Below, piece by piece: positions 26,417 to 41,817 of a stretch of 64,000 nt of DNA. The notes under the pieces are model-generated. The model made no database searches. It saw only the letters and a program-made list of their open reading frames with translations, and was not told the DNA's origin. How positions within the stretch are numbered: position 1 is the first letter of the stretch; each line of letters starts with the position of its first letter. Origin of the DNA: Malacoraja senta (Eukaryota); assembly GCA_038087875.1 (NCBI GenBank), contig CM075991.1, forward strand, positions 9,116,001-9,180,000, in the 5' to 3' direction. A program made the translations under genes and the position numbers.

Positions 26417-28424
26417 AAGGAAAGAGGCTATTCGGCCAACGATGACCATACCAACTCAAAGAGCGCCCCACTAATTTCCCTGCAACCTAGTTTATTCTCC
26501 GTAATGGGCAACATTGAGTAAGTCATGGATTATAAAAGGGATTAATTGTAGTACTCTAATGATGGAGTAAAAGATGAGACCTCGGAAATTAGTCTGTTTA
26601 TATAGTATTTATTCCATTGATCACATGCTTGATCAATGGTGTTTTATCATTAATGTTTTATTATTATTCATGTTGAGTGTTTTCTGAGTCATTCGTAACT
26701 GTCACTGTATGTCATGTTGTTACTTGTGGGCGGAGCACCAAGGCAAATTCCTTGTATGTGAATACTTGGCCAATAACTTACTTACTTACTTACTTATCAG
26801 GAAGTGTGATTGATAAAGAAAAATACGAATACATTTCTCAGCTATAGAGACTACCTTTCTGGTATTATGTACAAGAAGGTGGCTAGTTTCTAATTGTTGC
26901 TGCTGTGATTACCTTAGAAGTTATTCAACATATTACTCAGAACAATACAGCACAGGTACAGGCTCTTCATCCCACAATGTCCCAGAGTCATACAGTAATA
27001 ATCATAGAATCTTACACTGTGAAAACAGGCCCTTCGGCTCAATTGCCAACAAGTCCCATCTGCCTGCCATCAAGTCCCATCTCCCTGCCTTTAGCCCATA
27101 TCCCTCTAAACCGGTCCTATCCATGTACCTGTCTAAATTGTTCTTAAACATTGCGATAGTCCCTGCCTTAACCACCTCCTCTGGCAGCTCGTTCCATACC
27201 CGCACCACCCTTTCTGTGAAAACATATTGCTAAATTAAACTAATCATCTCTGACTAAGTCCATCCCTCCACCACCTCTGGTTTAAATTCCATTTGGAATA
27301 TTTTTGGAGGACCAGGAAACCAAGAAACCAAGAACCAAGAAGAAGACTGCATGCAATCCATATCCCTTCATTCTCTGTATATGCATGTGGCTATCCAAAT
27401 GCCCAATAAACACCTCTAGTGTATCTGCCACTGGAGTTGTGAATCTGTGGAATTCTCTGCCACAGAAGGCAGTGGAGGCTAATTCACAGGATGTTTTGCA
27501 GGGAGAGTTAGATATAGGTCTTGGGGCTAAAGAAATCAAGGGATAAGGGGAGAAAGCAGGAATGGAATGGAATGGAATGGAATGCTATTTATTGTCATTC
27601 AAACCTAGGCCTGAACGAAATATCATTTACTACAGTTTTTTTACATTACAAAAAATAAAACCAAGACCCACACTTAACACAGTTTACACAAACATCCATC
27701 ACAGTGAATCTCCAACACCTCCTCACTGTGATGGAAGGCAAAGTCTTATCTTTAATGGGTACTGATTTAGGATGATCAGCCATGCTCATATTGAATGGTG
27801 GGCCTGGCTCGAAGGGCCGAATGGCCTACTCCTGCAACTACTTTCTGTTCTATGCCGCCTCCAATAAACAGTGGATTTGCATTCTCTTCAATCCAAGGAT
27901 ACTTTTAAAACAGGGCTATTTTGACTCATTTGCAGAATGAGATGTCACAGGTAGGGGGAGCAGTTTTGTCCATCCTTAATTCCCCACGCGTGTGGGAGCC
28001 ACTTTCTTGAACCAATGCAGCTCCTCTGGTGAAAGTGCTCGCACACTGCTGTTGGAGAGCCCGTATCAGTGCATTTTGTGACTCACCCATTCTTAGACAC
28101 ATCTGACTGTGTGTGTAATGATAGAGATAGCTCCAAAATGAATTAGCAAAGCATGGGATGAGGGTCTCGCTCAATAAAACTGGAGCAAAAGAAACAATTA
28201 CCACTGTTAATTTCCCACTGAATTTCTGACAGTGGGAGAAAAGAATTTTCTGCTCCATAGAAGGTGAATTGCAGTTATTCACAAACTATGTATTAGTAAC
28301 AAATGCATGTTTGTCAGCATGCAAACTGTAATGTGAATCGAGAGACCCGGGGTCATTCCCGGCTACCTGTGCTGTCTGTACAGAGTTTGTGTGTTCTCCC
28401 CGTGACCGCATGGCTTTTCTTTCA

Positions 28425-28738
28425 AGCGCCTGTCCCACTTACGCGACTTTTTCGGCGACTGCCGGCACCCGTCATAGGTCGTTGCAGGTCGCCGAAAATG
28501 TTCAACATGTTGAAAATGCAGCGGCATCCAGAACAAGGTACGACTCTTTGGGCGACTACTCACGACCGTGCAGGCTTCACCCCGCGACATGTCGCCTGTA
28601 TGGTCATGAGTCATCTCCTCAGTCGCCCATGGCGTCTTTCTGGTCGCCGCTGAATTTTCAACATGTTGAAAATTTCGGCGACCTGCAACGACCTATGCCG
28701 GCAGTCGCCGAAAAAGTCGCGTAAGTGGGACAGGCCCT
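28425..28738. mobile_element. PIF/Harbinger-type MITE inserted in a V-SINE
   Basis: Long TIR cctgtcccacttacgcgactttttcggcgactgccggc; imperfect 3-bp flanks tca/taa. Confidence 0.8.
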
Positions 28739-29789
28739 TAAGATCTTCAGTTTCTTCCCACACTCCAAAGGAGTACAGGTTTGTAGGCTGCTATAAATGT
28801 AAAATTATCCCTCGTGTGTGTGTAGGATAGTGTTAGTGTGCGGGATCATTGGTCGGTCCGGACTCAGTGGGCCGAAGGGCCTGTTTCCGTGCTGTATCTC
28901 TAAACTAAACTAAACTAAACAAAATCAAGATCGACAGTAAAGGAACTACAATGTATTTCCAAGTAAGGATGACACGTGCCTTGGAGGGTGTTTCTATGCT
29001 CCAACTGTCTTCATCTTTCTATGACTGCTATGAATCCCTGGCCCATGACTGCTCAAAATGGAGAAGCAGCATTAGTTCGGAGCACATTTAATCCCTGTAT
29101 GAGGGGTGGAAGAGACAGACTGCATCTCACACTACCTACCTACTCCCTCAAGTAATCCCTGTCCCATCTCTGGAAGAGACAGCCTGGAGTCATAGCGCCA
29201 TATATAGGTACAATATGGAAACAGGTCTCTCCCCCCAAGCTTGTCCACAATGACCAAGTTGGCACATTGGGCTAGTCCCATTTGGCCCATAGCCCCCTAA
29301 ACCTTTGCAATCCATATATCAGTCCTAATGTATTTTTAAAGTCCTAATTGTTTCTGCATTTATTGTGTCCTCTGGCACCTCGTTCTGGATACAGACTCTC
29401 TGATTGAACAGTTTTTGGATAGTCTCTGATTTAAAATGTTTCCCCCGAGGTCCCTCTTAAATCTTTCCCCTCTCACGTTGAGCCGATGTTCTCCAGTTTA
29501 AGAATCTTTTACCCTAGGAAAAAGATTGAAAGTTCATAAGTTATAGGAGCAGAATTAGGCCAGTTGGCCCATCAAGTCTACTCTGCCATTCAATCATTCA
29601 CTTTATCCCTACCCCTCAGAATCTTGTACACCTCAATAAACTCACCCCTCAGCCTCCTAAGCTCCCAAATGAAAAGTCCCAGTCTATCCAGCCTCTCCCT
29701 ATAACTCAAGCCACAAGCTCAGGTGAATCTCTTCTGCAATTCTTCCAACTTAATACCATGCAGTCCCTACTTTGGCCTCAGGGTGGAGA

Positions 29790-30455
29790 GGGACTTCCTT
29801 CCATCCTGAGGGATGACCTAGGATTGACTGAGATTGAAAAGGTGGTAGAGGTAGATGCTTGGGAGGTTCGACAGTGGTGCCACAGGTACATAGGGTGATT
29901 AAGAAGGATTTCGGCACATTGGCCTTCATCAGTCTTGAGTATTGAGCTGAGAAGTTGGGAGGGCATTTTACAGTCGTACAAGACATTGGTGAGGCCACAT
30001 TTAGAGTATTGCGTTCAGTTTCGGTCACCGTTTTAGGAAATATGTTGTCAAGCAGGAAAGGGTGCAGAGAAGATTTACGATGATGTTGCCAGCAATCGTG
30101 TGTCTGAGCTATCGGGAGAGGTTGGACTTTATTCCTTGGAGCACTGGAGGATGAGGGGTTATCTTACATGTGTGTATAAGATCAAGAAAGGAATAGATCG
30201 GGTAAATACACAAAGTTTTTTGCCCAGAGTAGGGGAATCAAGAACCAGAGGACATAGGTTTAAGATGAGGGGGGGAAGATTGAATTTTACAAGGGTTGTA
30301 GGAATATGGAATGAGCTGGCACAGGGGGTAGTTGAGACATGTACTATCACAACATTTAAAAAATATTTGTACAGGTACTTGGATAAGATGGGGCATGTTG
30401 GTCGGTGTGGGCAAGATTGGCTGAAAGGCTTGTTTCCATGCTGTATGACTCTATG
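29790..30455 (+). mobile_element. CR1 LINE 3' fragment (second subfamily)
   Basis: SRTRGHRFK..RVVGIWNEL; (tgactcta) tail. Confidence 0.75.
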
Positions 30456-30656
30456 ACCAGTGTAGGAAGGAACTGCAGCTGCTGGTTTAAACCGAAGATA
30501 GACACAAAATGCTAGAGTAACTCAGCGGGACAGGCAGCATCTCTGGAGAGAAGGAAAGGATGATGAAGAAGGGTCTCGACCCGAAACGTCACCCATTCCT
30601 TCTCTCCAGAGATGCTACCTGTCCCGCTGAGTTACTCTAGCATTTTGTGTCTATCT
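30456..30656. mobile_element. Fold-back Penelope terminal-repeat mini-element (family B)
   Basis: Inverted arms around gaagaagggtctcgacccgaaacgtc. Flanked by tgactctatg at 30446-30455 and 30657-30666. Confidence 0.8.
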
Positions 30657-31348
30657 TGACTCTATGGCTCCAATGACCCAAGTCTTGGTGACCTGGCAAG
30701 TCAAACTCCAGGTGTCCATCTGAAGCGTAGATCCATGAAACCCAACCAGTTCTGCTGATGCTGGAAACTCTCCCAGCTGAATCAAAAGGAAATCTCAACT
30801 GCTTGCAGAGAAGGTATCATTACCACTGGTGACTCACTCCATTCCTGGACGCATCTAGCTGTGTGGGTAATGGCACAGGCAGCTCCAAAAATCAGTCTGC
30901 AAAAATGAAAGGAGGTGTTTTTTGCTCAGTAAGACGTTGGAAAGAAATAATAACTATTGACAATCTCCCGTGGAAAATCAGAGGGTATTGACATGAACAC
31001 CTCAGGTTAAATTGGGGGTGGGGGTGATACCCAGTTATCTACATACTATGTACTATTTACAGGCATATACTTGCCAGCATGCTGCCTTACAGCGCCAGAT
31101 TCTGAATCTGACTACTGGTGCTGTCTGTACCGAGTTTGTACGTTCTACCCGTGACCGCGTGGGTTTTCCCCGGGTGCTCCGGTTTCTTCCCACGTTCCAA
31201 AGACGTAGGTTAAATGGCTTCGGTAAAAAATAAATGTAGATCGTCCCTAGATTGTGCTGGTCTCGGCGCGGAATCTGTGGGTCGGAGGGGCTGTTTCCGC
31301 ATTGTATGGCTAAAGTCTAAAGGTCAGGCTGGAACTGTATTGGTTAAG

Positions 31349-31601
31349 GTACACAAAAATGCTGGAGAAACTCAGCGGGTGCAGCAGCATCTATGGAGCG
31401 AAGGAAATAGGCAACGTTTCGGGCCGAAACCCTTCTTCAGACTGGAGGAAATAGGCAACGTTTCGGGCCGAAACCCTTCCGGGTTTCGGGCCGAAACGTT
31501 GCCTATTTCCTTCGCTCCACAGATGCTGCTGCACCCGCTGAGTTTCTCCAGCATTTTTTGTGTACCTTCGATTTTCCAGCATCTGCAGTTCCTTCTTTAA
31601 C
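31349..31601. mobile_element. Fold-back Penelope terminal-repeat mini-element (family A)
   Basis: Inverted plus sense arms. 15-bp TSD actgtattggttaag at 31334-31348 and 31602-31616. Confidence 0.85.
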
Positions 31602-33149
31602 ACTGTATTGGTTAAGTCTGGTGTGTTGTTCCAGTGACCATTCCACAGAATGGTACAAGTGAACAGGTACATGGATTGGACAGGTTTGGAGGGGTATGGT
31701 GGGCCAAACGCAGGCAGGCAGGCAGGTGAGACTAGTGTAGCTGGGACATGTTGGGCAAGTTGGGCCGAAGGGTCTGTTTCCACACTGCATTATACTATGA
31801 CTCTAAAGGATGTGAAACGCGTGCACGCAGGTGGGACTAGTGTAAACGGCCAAATACATTGAGACAACAAATTATTTTTAACTGCATTGCTACCGCAGTT
31901 GACAAATTCCAAGATCAAGTGAGTTCGATATTGTTATACTTTGGGGAAGGTAAAGAGAGAGCGCTGTATTTTGTTTTAAGTTTTAGCAACTAGGCAGTGA
32001 TATTGCCTGAAATGAAATTATGTGATATGTTCTTGAGGCAGTTTTGGGGGCGCGGGGTGGGAATCGACAGCTGTGGGAGGGAACTGGAGTTGCCGGTTTA
32101 CACCGAAGACAGACACAAAATGCTGGAGTAACTCAGCGGGACAGGCAGCATCTCTGGAGAGAAGGAACGGGTGGCACGCCGGGGTGTTCGTGTAAGCACC
32201 TCGCCTTACACAGTGACAAGTCTCCGAAGACACCAGGCAAGGGGCATAGAAACTAGCAAACATTAATACGACAGAGAAACACGAGGAACTGCAGAGGCTG
32301 GAGACTTGTGTAAGAGGCAAAGTGCCGGAGTAACGCGTGCAGGGAAGGAACTGCAGATGCTGGTTTTGAACCGAAGCCAGACACAAAAAGCAGGAGTAAC
32401 TCAGCGGGTCAGGCAGCATCTCTGGAGAAGTGGAGTGGGTGGCGTTTCGGGTCGAGACCCCTTCTTCAGTCAAGGCTGCAAGGCAGCAACTGGGGAGGGA
32501 AGGGGTGGGTGCTGGTCAGGGTGGGGAATAAAGTGTCCCCGAGCCGAAATGTCACCTGTCCATCCCCCCTCCAGTAAAACAAAACAGCTCGACGGCGGTT
32601 CCAGTCCTTGCTTCGGCGTCTCGGCGCTTCCTCGTAAAACCAGCCACTCTTCTCGTTCGCTGGTCCTCCTGCTGTCGTTGAGTTGCCTCTGCACTTGGCA
32701 AAAACCCGGAGGAGAGTGGCGATGGTCACACACACACACACAACCTCCTCTCTTCAGAGAGAGAGAGAGAGTGTGTGTGTGCTGCGATTTCCACACACAC
32801 ACACACACACCATTCATCAGTCTGGGAGACGCAGCATGAAGTGCAATTATGTTGATGCGTGGTTTCAAGAAGTGAATGCTGCGTGTCTCAAATCAGCAAG
32901 GGGGCTGAACTCCAAGGACCCTTGTCTCTGCAAGTGTGGAGGAGGGGAGGGGCGAGAGATTTTTTTTTTGGGGGTGGGGGGGGGGTCACTGAGTCAAGAA
33001 TTGCTCCACAGTTGTATTTGCAGAAGGGGGGTTTAAGAGAAGGGGAGGTGTGTGTTAGGCTGACACACTGTGCAATATCTCCCTGTGCAGCTGAGAGGGA
33101 GGGAAGGTTTGGGAGGCGAAGGGAGGGTGTATGAAGAGAGACGGACAGA

Positions 33150-33750
33150 GGGAGGGAGAGGGGCTGTGTGATTAGATCGCGTCAGAAGCACAGTGGCGCG
33201 CAGGGGATGGGGAAGGCGTGTGTGCGCTGCTGCTGAAGTTACAGTTGCAGACTGCGAGGTGGTGGGAGCGTTTGCAAGGGGAAGGGGGGGGGGAGAGAAG
33301 GAGGGGAGGTGTTCGGATGAGACGGCGGCTGCAGCCCTGGCTGGGAGCTGGTCAGGCGGCGAGGCGCTGGGCCAGCCCGGGAATCGCCAGCCGGGCAAAC
33401 TTCGCCTGGTCTCCAACCTCGCCGCCGTGCCGTTGTTGTTCCATGGCTGGCTCGCCGGGCTGGCCAGACCAAGGCGCTCCGCTTCCCAGGGGATCTCATT
33501 GCTATTCATGGATATCAGCGATCCCGACTCGCTGCCAGTTAGGCTGACAATCTACTGTGCAGACCTTGGAGGTGGGGAAGGAGCGGAATAAAGCAGCAGG
33601 ATTAGGGCACCCGCCGACTACAGCATGGGTAAGTGATGCGGCGCGTTTAACCCTTATCCCGTCTTATCCTTCCAGCACAGTGGTTGACATCCGCTGGTCT
33701 CACTCACCGTTTACAACACAAAGCGGCCAATGCACCCGCGCTGCCCCCTC
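33150..33750 (+). promoter_or_regulatory. CpG-island-like promoter / 5' UTR of LRRTM4
   Basis: Unique GC- and CpG-rich sequence directly upstream of and across the ATGG exon, preceded by GA-rich tracts. TSS not determinable. Confidence 0.6.
33625..33628 (+). CDS. LRRTM4: LRRTM4 coding exon 1 (ATG+G only, phase-1 intron follows)
   Basis: cagcATGG|gtaagt: ATG in good context followed directly by a consensus donor. Joining to the acceptor at 35417 gives M-G-F-M-K-D. LRRTM genes typically have only ATGG in the first coding exon. Confidence 0.9.
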
Positions 33751-34478
33751 CCTCCTAAATTTCACCAGCACCCCCTCTCCTCCCCCCCCTCCCACCATCC
33801 CCCAATTTCACCAGCACCCCCTCTCCCCCCCCCTCCCACCTCCCCCAATTTCACCAGCACCCCCTCCCACCTCCCCCAATTTCACCAGCACCCCCTCTCC
33901 CCCCCCCTCCCACCATCCCCAATTTCACCAGCACCCCCTCTCCCCCCCTCCCACAACCCCCAATTTCACCAGCACCTCCTCTCCCCCCCTCCCACAACCC
34001 CCAATTTCACCAGCACCTCCTTTCCACTCACCCCCTCCCCCAATTTCACCAGCACCCCCTCTCCCCCCACCCCCACACAACCCCCACTTTCACCAGCACC
34101 CCCTCTCCCCCCCTCCCACCTCCCCCAATTTCACCAGCACCCCCTCTCCCCCCACCCCCACACAACCCCCACTTTCACCAGCACCCTCTCTCCCCCCCTC
34201 CCACCACTCACAATTTCACCAGCACCCCCTCTCCACCCACCCCACAACCCCCAATTTCACCAGCACCCCCTTTCCACCCACCCCCTCCCCCAATTTCACC
34301 AGCACCCCCTCTCCCCCCACCCCCACACAACCCCCACTTTCACCAGCACCCCCTCTCCCCCACAACCTCCAATTTCACCAGCACCCCCTCTCCCCCACAA
34401 CCTCCAATTTCACCAGCACCCCCTCTCCCCCACAACCTCCAATTTCACCAGCACCCCCTCTCCACCCCCACCCCCCAA
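33745..34478. repeat. C-rich minisatellite in LRRTM4 intron 1 (core ccccaatttcaccagcaccccctctcccc)
   Basis: About 20 tandem copies of the tttcaccagcacc core with variable C-rich spacers. Confidence 0.95.
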
Positions 34479-34509
34479 TAAAAGTAAAATTAATACTAAT
34501 AACGGGTGT

Positions 34510-34652
34510 GTAGGAATGAACTGCAGATGCAGTAGCATTTACACCGAAGGTGGACACACAAATGCTGGAGAAATTCAGCGGGACAGGCAGCGTCTCTGGA
34601 GAGAAGGAATGGGTGACGTTTCAGGTCGAGACCCTTCTTCAGATTATAACAA
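34510..34652 (-). mobile_element. Penelope mini-element (family B) in LRRTM4 intron 1
   Basis: Minus-strand tctgaagaagggtctcgacctgaaacgtcacc unit. 13-bp TSD taataacgggtgt at 34497-34509 and 34653-34665. Confidence 0.8.
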
Positions 34653-34672
34653 TAATAACGGGTGTTTGTTAA

Positions 34673-37400
<2,728 letters not shown>

Positions 37401-38004
37401 TCTAATTCGGGTGCAAGTTGGACGAGTCAAGCATTCATGGCACCAATATTCTTTCAGTGTCTGCCAACAGGCGTTTGGTCCAAGCCTTGTTGTGTTGTGT
37501 TGGCAATGTTGCATACATGGGATATCAAATGAGTAATACAGTTGTTAACCGGGTTTTTTGTGTACGGTGTCAATTGAGTGGAGTATGGTGAAAGTTGGTG
37601 GTCAATGAACGAAAAAAAGTTTTGTTTTTTGCATAGAATTTGACTCATTTTACCTCATGTGAAAGTACTCCGTCTGTCTGCCATCTTCTCAAGAAGTGGC
37701 CATGGGCCTTTACATCCTACTGGCAGGTCTATGCCAATTTGGCTCCATGTGGGTCCAATTTTCCACCAGCGGTTCTTCTTCTCTGCTGGGCATCCAGTGG
37801 TTCGAGTGGCACAATGAAACTGTAGGTAGAATTGAGAGGCCAATGATCCAATGGCATGAATTCAGATACCAGTTGTTAATTAAGTACGTCAGTAGCTATA
37901 AAGACCAGCGATAGCCATGAAACTACTGGGTTGTCATTATGAACCATCTGGCTCAGCTCACTGAAATATCTTTCAGGGGACGAAATCTGTCATGCTAACT
38001 AGAT

Positions 38005-38570
38005 CTAGAAACATAGAAACATAGAAAATAGTTGCAGGAGTAGGCCATTTGACCCTTTGAGCCATGATCATTGTGATCACGGCTGATCATCCACAATCAG
38101 TAACCCGTGCCTGCGTTCTCCCCATATCCCTTAATTCCATTCGCCCCTAGAGCTCTATCTTAACTCTCTTTTAATTCCATCCAGTGACTTGGCCTCCACT
38201 GCCCTCTGTGGCAGAAAATTCCACAGATTCACAACTCTCTGGGTGCAAAAGTTTTTTCTCATCTCAGTTTTAAATGGCCTCCCCTTTATTCTTAGACTGT
38301 GGCCCCCTGGTTCTGGACTCCCCCAACATTGGGAAAAAATTTCCTGCATCTAGCTTGTCCAGTCCTTTTATAATTTTATACGTTTCTATAAGATATCCTC
38401 TCATCCTTCTAAATTACAGTGAATACAAGCCCACTCTTTCCAATCTTTCCTCGTATGACAGTCCCGCCATCCAGGTGTTTAACCTCGTGAACCTACGCTG
38501 CACTGCCTCAATAGCAAGGGTGTCCTTCCTCAAATTAGGAGACCAAAACTGCACACAATACTCCAGATGT
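38005..38570 (-). mobile_element. CR1 LINE 3' fragment
   Basis: (atagaaac)n tail at left; QRVVNLWN on the minus strand. Confidence 0.85.
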
Positions 38571-41500
38571 GGTCCATATGTGATTCCAGATCCAATATGG
38601 TTGACTCAAAGCATTCCACCAGAAAGTGAAAGTAGACCACTCACAAGCAACAAATGAACTTACTGAAGACACAGAAGGAGGCAATTATGACCCCTTATAC
38701 CCATGCAGGTTCCTAATCTGGCCTTTAGATTTTGGTCTTTAGAGATACAGCATGGAAACAGGCCCTTCAGCCCACCGAGTCCACACCGACCAGCGATCAC
38801 CCTGCATACTAGCACACTAGGGACAATTTACAGTTTTTACTGAAGCCAATTAACCTACAAACCTGAATGTCTTTGGAGTGTGGGAGGAAGCCTGAGCACC
38901 TGGAGAATACCCACGTGGTTACTGAAAGAACGTACAAACTGTACAGGCAGCACCTATAGTCAGGATCGAACCCGGGTCTCTAGCACTGTAAGGCAGCAAC
39001 TCTACCGCTGCACCACTGTCCCTAGTGTGTAGAATAGAACTAGTATCTGTGTGATCGCTGGTTGGCTCGGACTCCATGGACCGAAGGGCCTTTTTTTCAC
39101 GTTGTATCTCTAATCTAAGATAGTGCTGTAAGCAAGCGGCTCTACCACTGCACCACTGTTGCCTTGCTCAGGGCAGTCTGCCCCCTGTGATTGATTTGAT
39201 AAGAAACCTTGTCCCCAGTTGGCAATTTCCTTTCCCACTGCAGTTGATTTTAAAGCAGAGGTGTTATGTTTAGACATCCAGTAATTTCATGCCATTGTTC
39301 CGAAAAACTTGCCTGTCGATGTAAATGTATTAAAACATCTGTCACGGCACCTGTCAGTCAATTCTTGCGTGACAGCACTCTGGGTGGTGGTGTGTTGAAC
39401 ACTGCGGGTGGGGCTTTTGTACTTCAAGCCGCTGAAGCCTGTTGCTCTGTTATTTTCATGCAACCTGTTTATTTGCCAGGATCGGATTTGACTTCCCATT
39501 AACAAAGAGAGGGCAGTCCTTCAATGAGATGCTTTCAAACAATTCCAATCAGTCAAACGTGAAGTGTACAGGAAGGAACTGCAGATGCACATAATCTCTT
39601 GCCCAGAGTAGGGGAATCGAGGCCCAGAGGACATAGGTTCAAGGTGAAGGACAAAAGATTTAATAGGATTCTGAGGGGCAACCTTTTCACACAAAAGGTG
39701 GTGGGTGTATGGAACAAGCTGCCAGAGGAGGTAGTTGAGGCTGGGACTATCCCAACGTTTGAGAAACCGTTAGACAGGTACATGGATAGGACTAGTTGGA
39801 GGGATATGGACCAGGTGGGAACTAGTGTAGCTGGGACATGTTGGCCAGTGTGGGCAAGTTGGGCCGAAGGGCCTGTTTCCATACTCTATGACTCTATGCT
39901 AGTTTAAACCGAAGAAGGACAGAAAAAGCTGGAGTAAATCAACGGAACTGGTAGCATCTCTGGAGAGAGGGAATGGATGATGTTTCGGGTCGAGACCCTT
40001 CTGCAGACTGAGAGTAAGGGGAAAGGGAAATGAGAGACATTGACGGTGATGTAGGGGTTTCTATGCTGTGTGACTCTATGACTTGCCCTGGATTGTCAAC
40101 CAGAACTGACTCATGTCCAGGACATAAGTGCTACCGTCTGGAGAGAAGGAATGTGTCAAGACCCTTCTGAAGAGTGTCCCATTCCTTCTCTCCAGAGCTG
40201 TTGCCTATCCCGCTGAGCTACTCCAGCTTTTTGTGTCTCTCAGTTAAACGTGAATCGGTCTTTTACGTATGTTACGTAGTCTGATTACTATTGGAATCCT
40301 TTTCACAAACTGGCCTTGTTGGAGCAACCTTAATACGTCAGTATTGTAGTCGTGTAATGGGACTATGGTTGTTCTCACTGTGATGAAATCTCTAATACAG
40401 CAAGACATAAAAACTGATTTTTTTTCCATGAGTGGTAGCTACTCAATAACTAAAATTCTGTAGCTCTGGTATTTTATTTAATTCACATGTTTAATCTATA
40501 ATGTTTTATTATAAATGTTTTATGTATGTCACTGTATCCCACTGTATGCGGGCGGAGCACCAAGGCAAATTCCTTGTATGTGAATACTTGGCCAATAAAC
40601 GTATTCATTCATTCATCCACATGCCAAACGTGCTCCGGTTCAGTTTCACTGTTACACATTTAATCTCAGCAGACTGATCAGCTGAAACAGCACATAGAAG
40701 ACCCTTTGATTCTCTATTGATAGAGATAGAAAGTTAAAACCATTGATAGTGGATAGAGAATCAGTTAAAACCTTAACTGATTCTCTATCCACAGACGCTG
40801 CTGACCTTTGAGCGTTTTGTTCGTTCGTTTTCAGTTTTCCATCAGATTTTTCCTGCAGATTTTTGTTTATCCAGTATATAACTGTTCCCCTGGTACCTCT
40901 GTCCCAGCCAAGCGCAGAATAATTTGTTCCTGGTCTCGGCTAAGCTGTTTAACGAAAAATAAATAGTCTGGGGTACTGCTCAAAATCAAAAGGTGGCAGA
41001 TGGTGGAAACCTGAGATAAAAGTTGGAAATGTTGGAGGAAATGGGCAATGAGTCAGGCAGCATTGGTGAAGAGGGAAACAAAGTTACTGCTTCAGTGGCT
41101 GGGTTGTCCTTCCTGAGCTAGGAAGGCAAACAATGAAGCCCAGTACCTGTTCGAGGTGAATGACATTGAATGGTCATAAGGTCATAAGGAATAGGAGTAG
41201 AATTAGTCCATTCGGCCCATCAAGTCTACTCTGCCATTCAATCATGGCTGATCTATCTCTCCCTCCTAACCCCATTCTCCTGCCTTCTCCCCATAACCTC
41301 TGACGTCTGCCTATGGAGTGAGATCCATCTGAATTCTCAAGCTTCCCCAGTGTAGTGTCTATCAGCTGATGGAACATAGATTTACATAAAACCTGACAGT
41401 AAAGGAGATGAATGAACAATGAATATGCTTTTGGTGCTGTTAATTTCCTCACACCCTTGTGGGGGTGCCATCATCAATAGGGCAGTACGATGACGCAGCG

Positions 41501-41638
41501 GTAGAGTTGTGGCCTCACAGCATCTGAGACCCTGGTTTGATTCTGCCTACGGGTGCTCTCTGTACCAAGTTTGAATTTTCCCCCTGTGACTGCGTAGGTT
41601 TTCTCCCACACTTCAAAGACCGACAGGTTTGTAGGTTA

Positions 41639-41817
41639 GACATAAAAAGCTGGAGTAACTCAGCCAGTTAGGCAGCATCTCGGGAGAAGCGGAGTAGGTG
41701 ACATTTTGGGTCGAGACCCTTCTTCCTTTTCTCCAGAGATGCTGCCTACCCCGCCGAGATACTCCAGTATTTTGTGATTATCTTCGGTATGAACCAGCAT
41801 CTGCAGTTCCTTCCCGC
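41639..41817. mobile_element. Fold-back Penelope mini-element (family B) inserted in a V-SINE
   Basis: 16-bp TSD acaggtttgtaggtta at 41623-41638 and 41818-41833; SINE sequence resumes after it. Confidence 0.85.
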
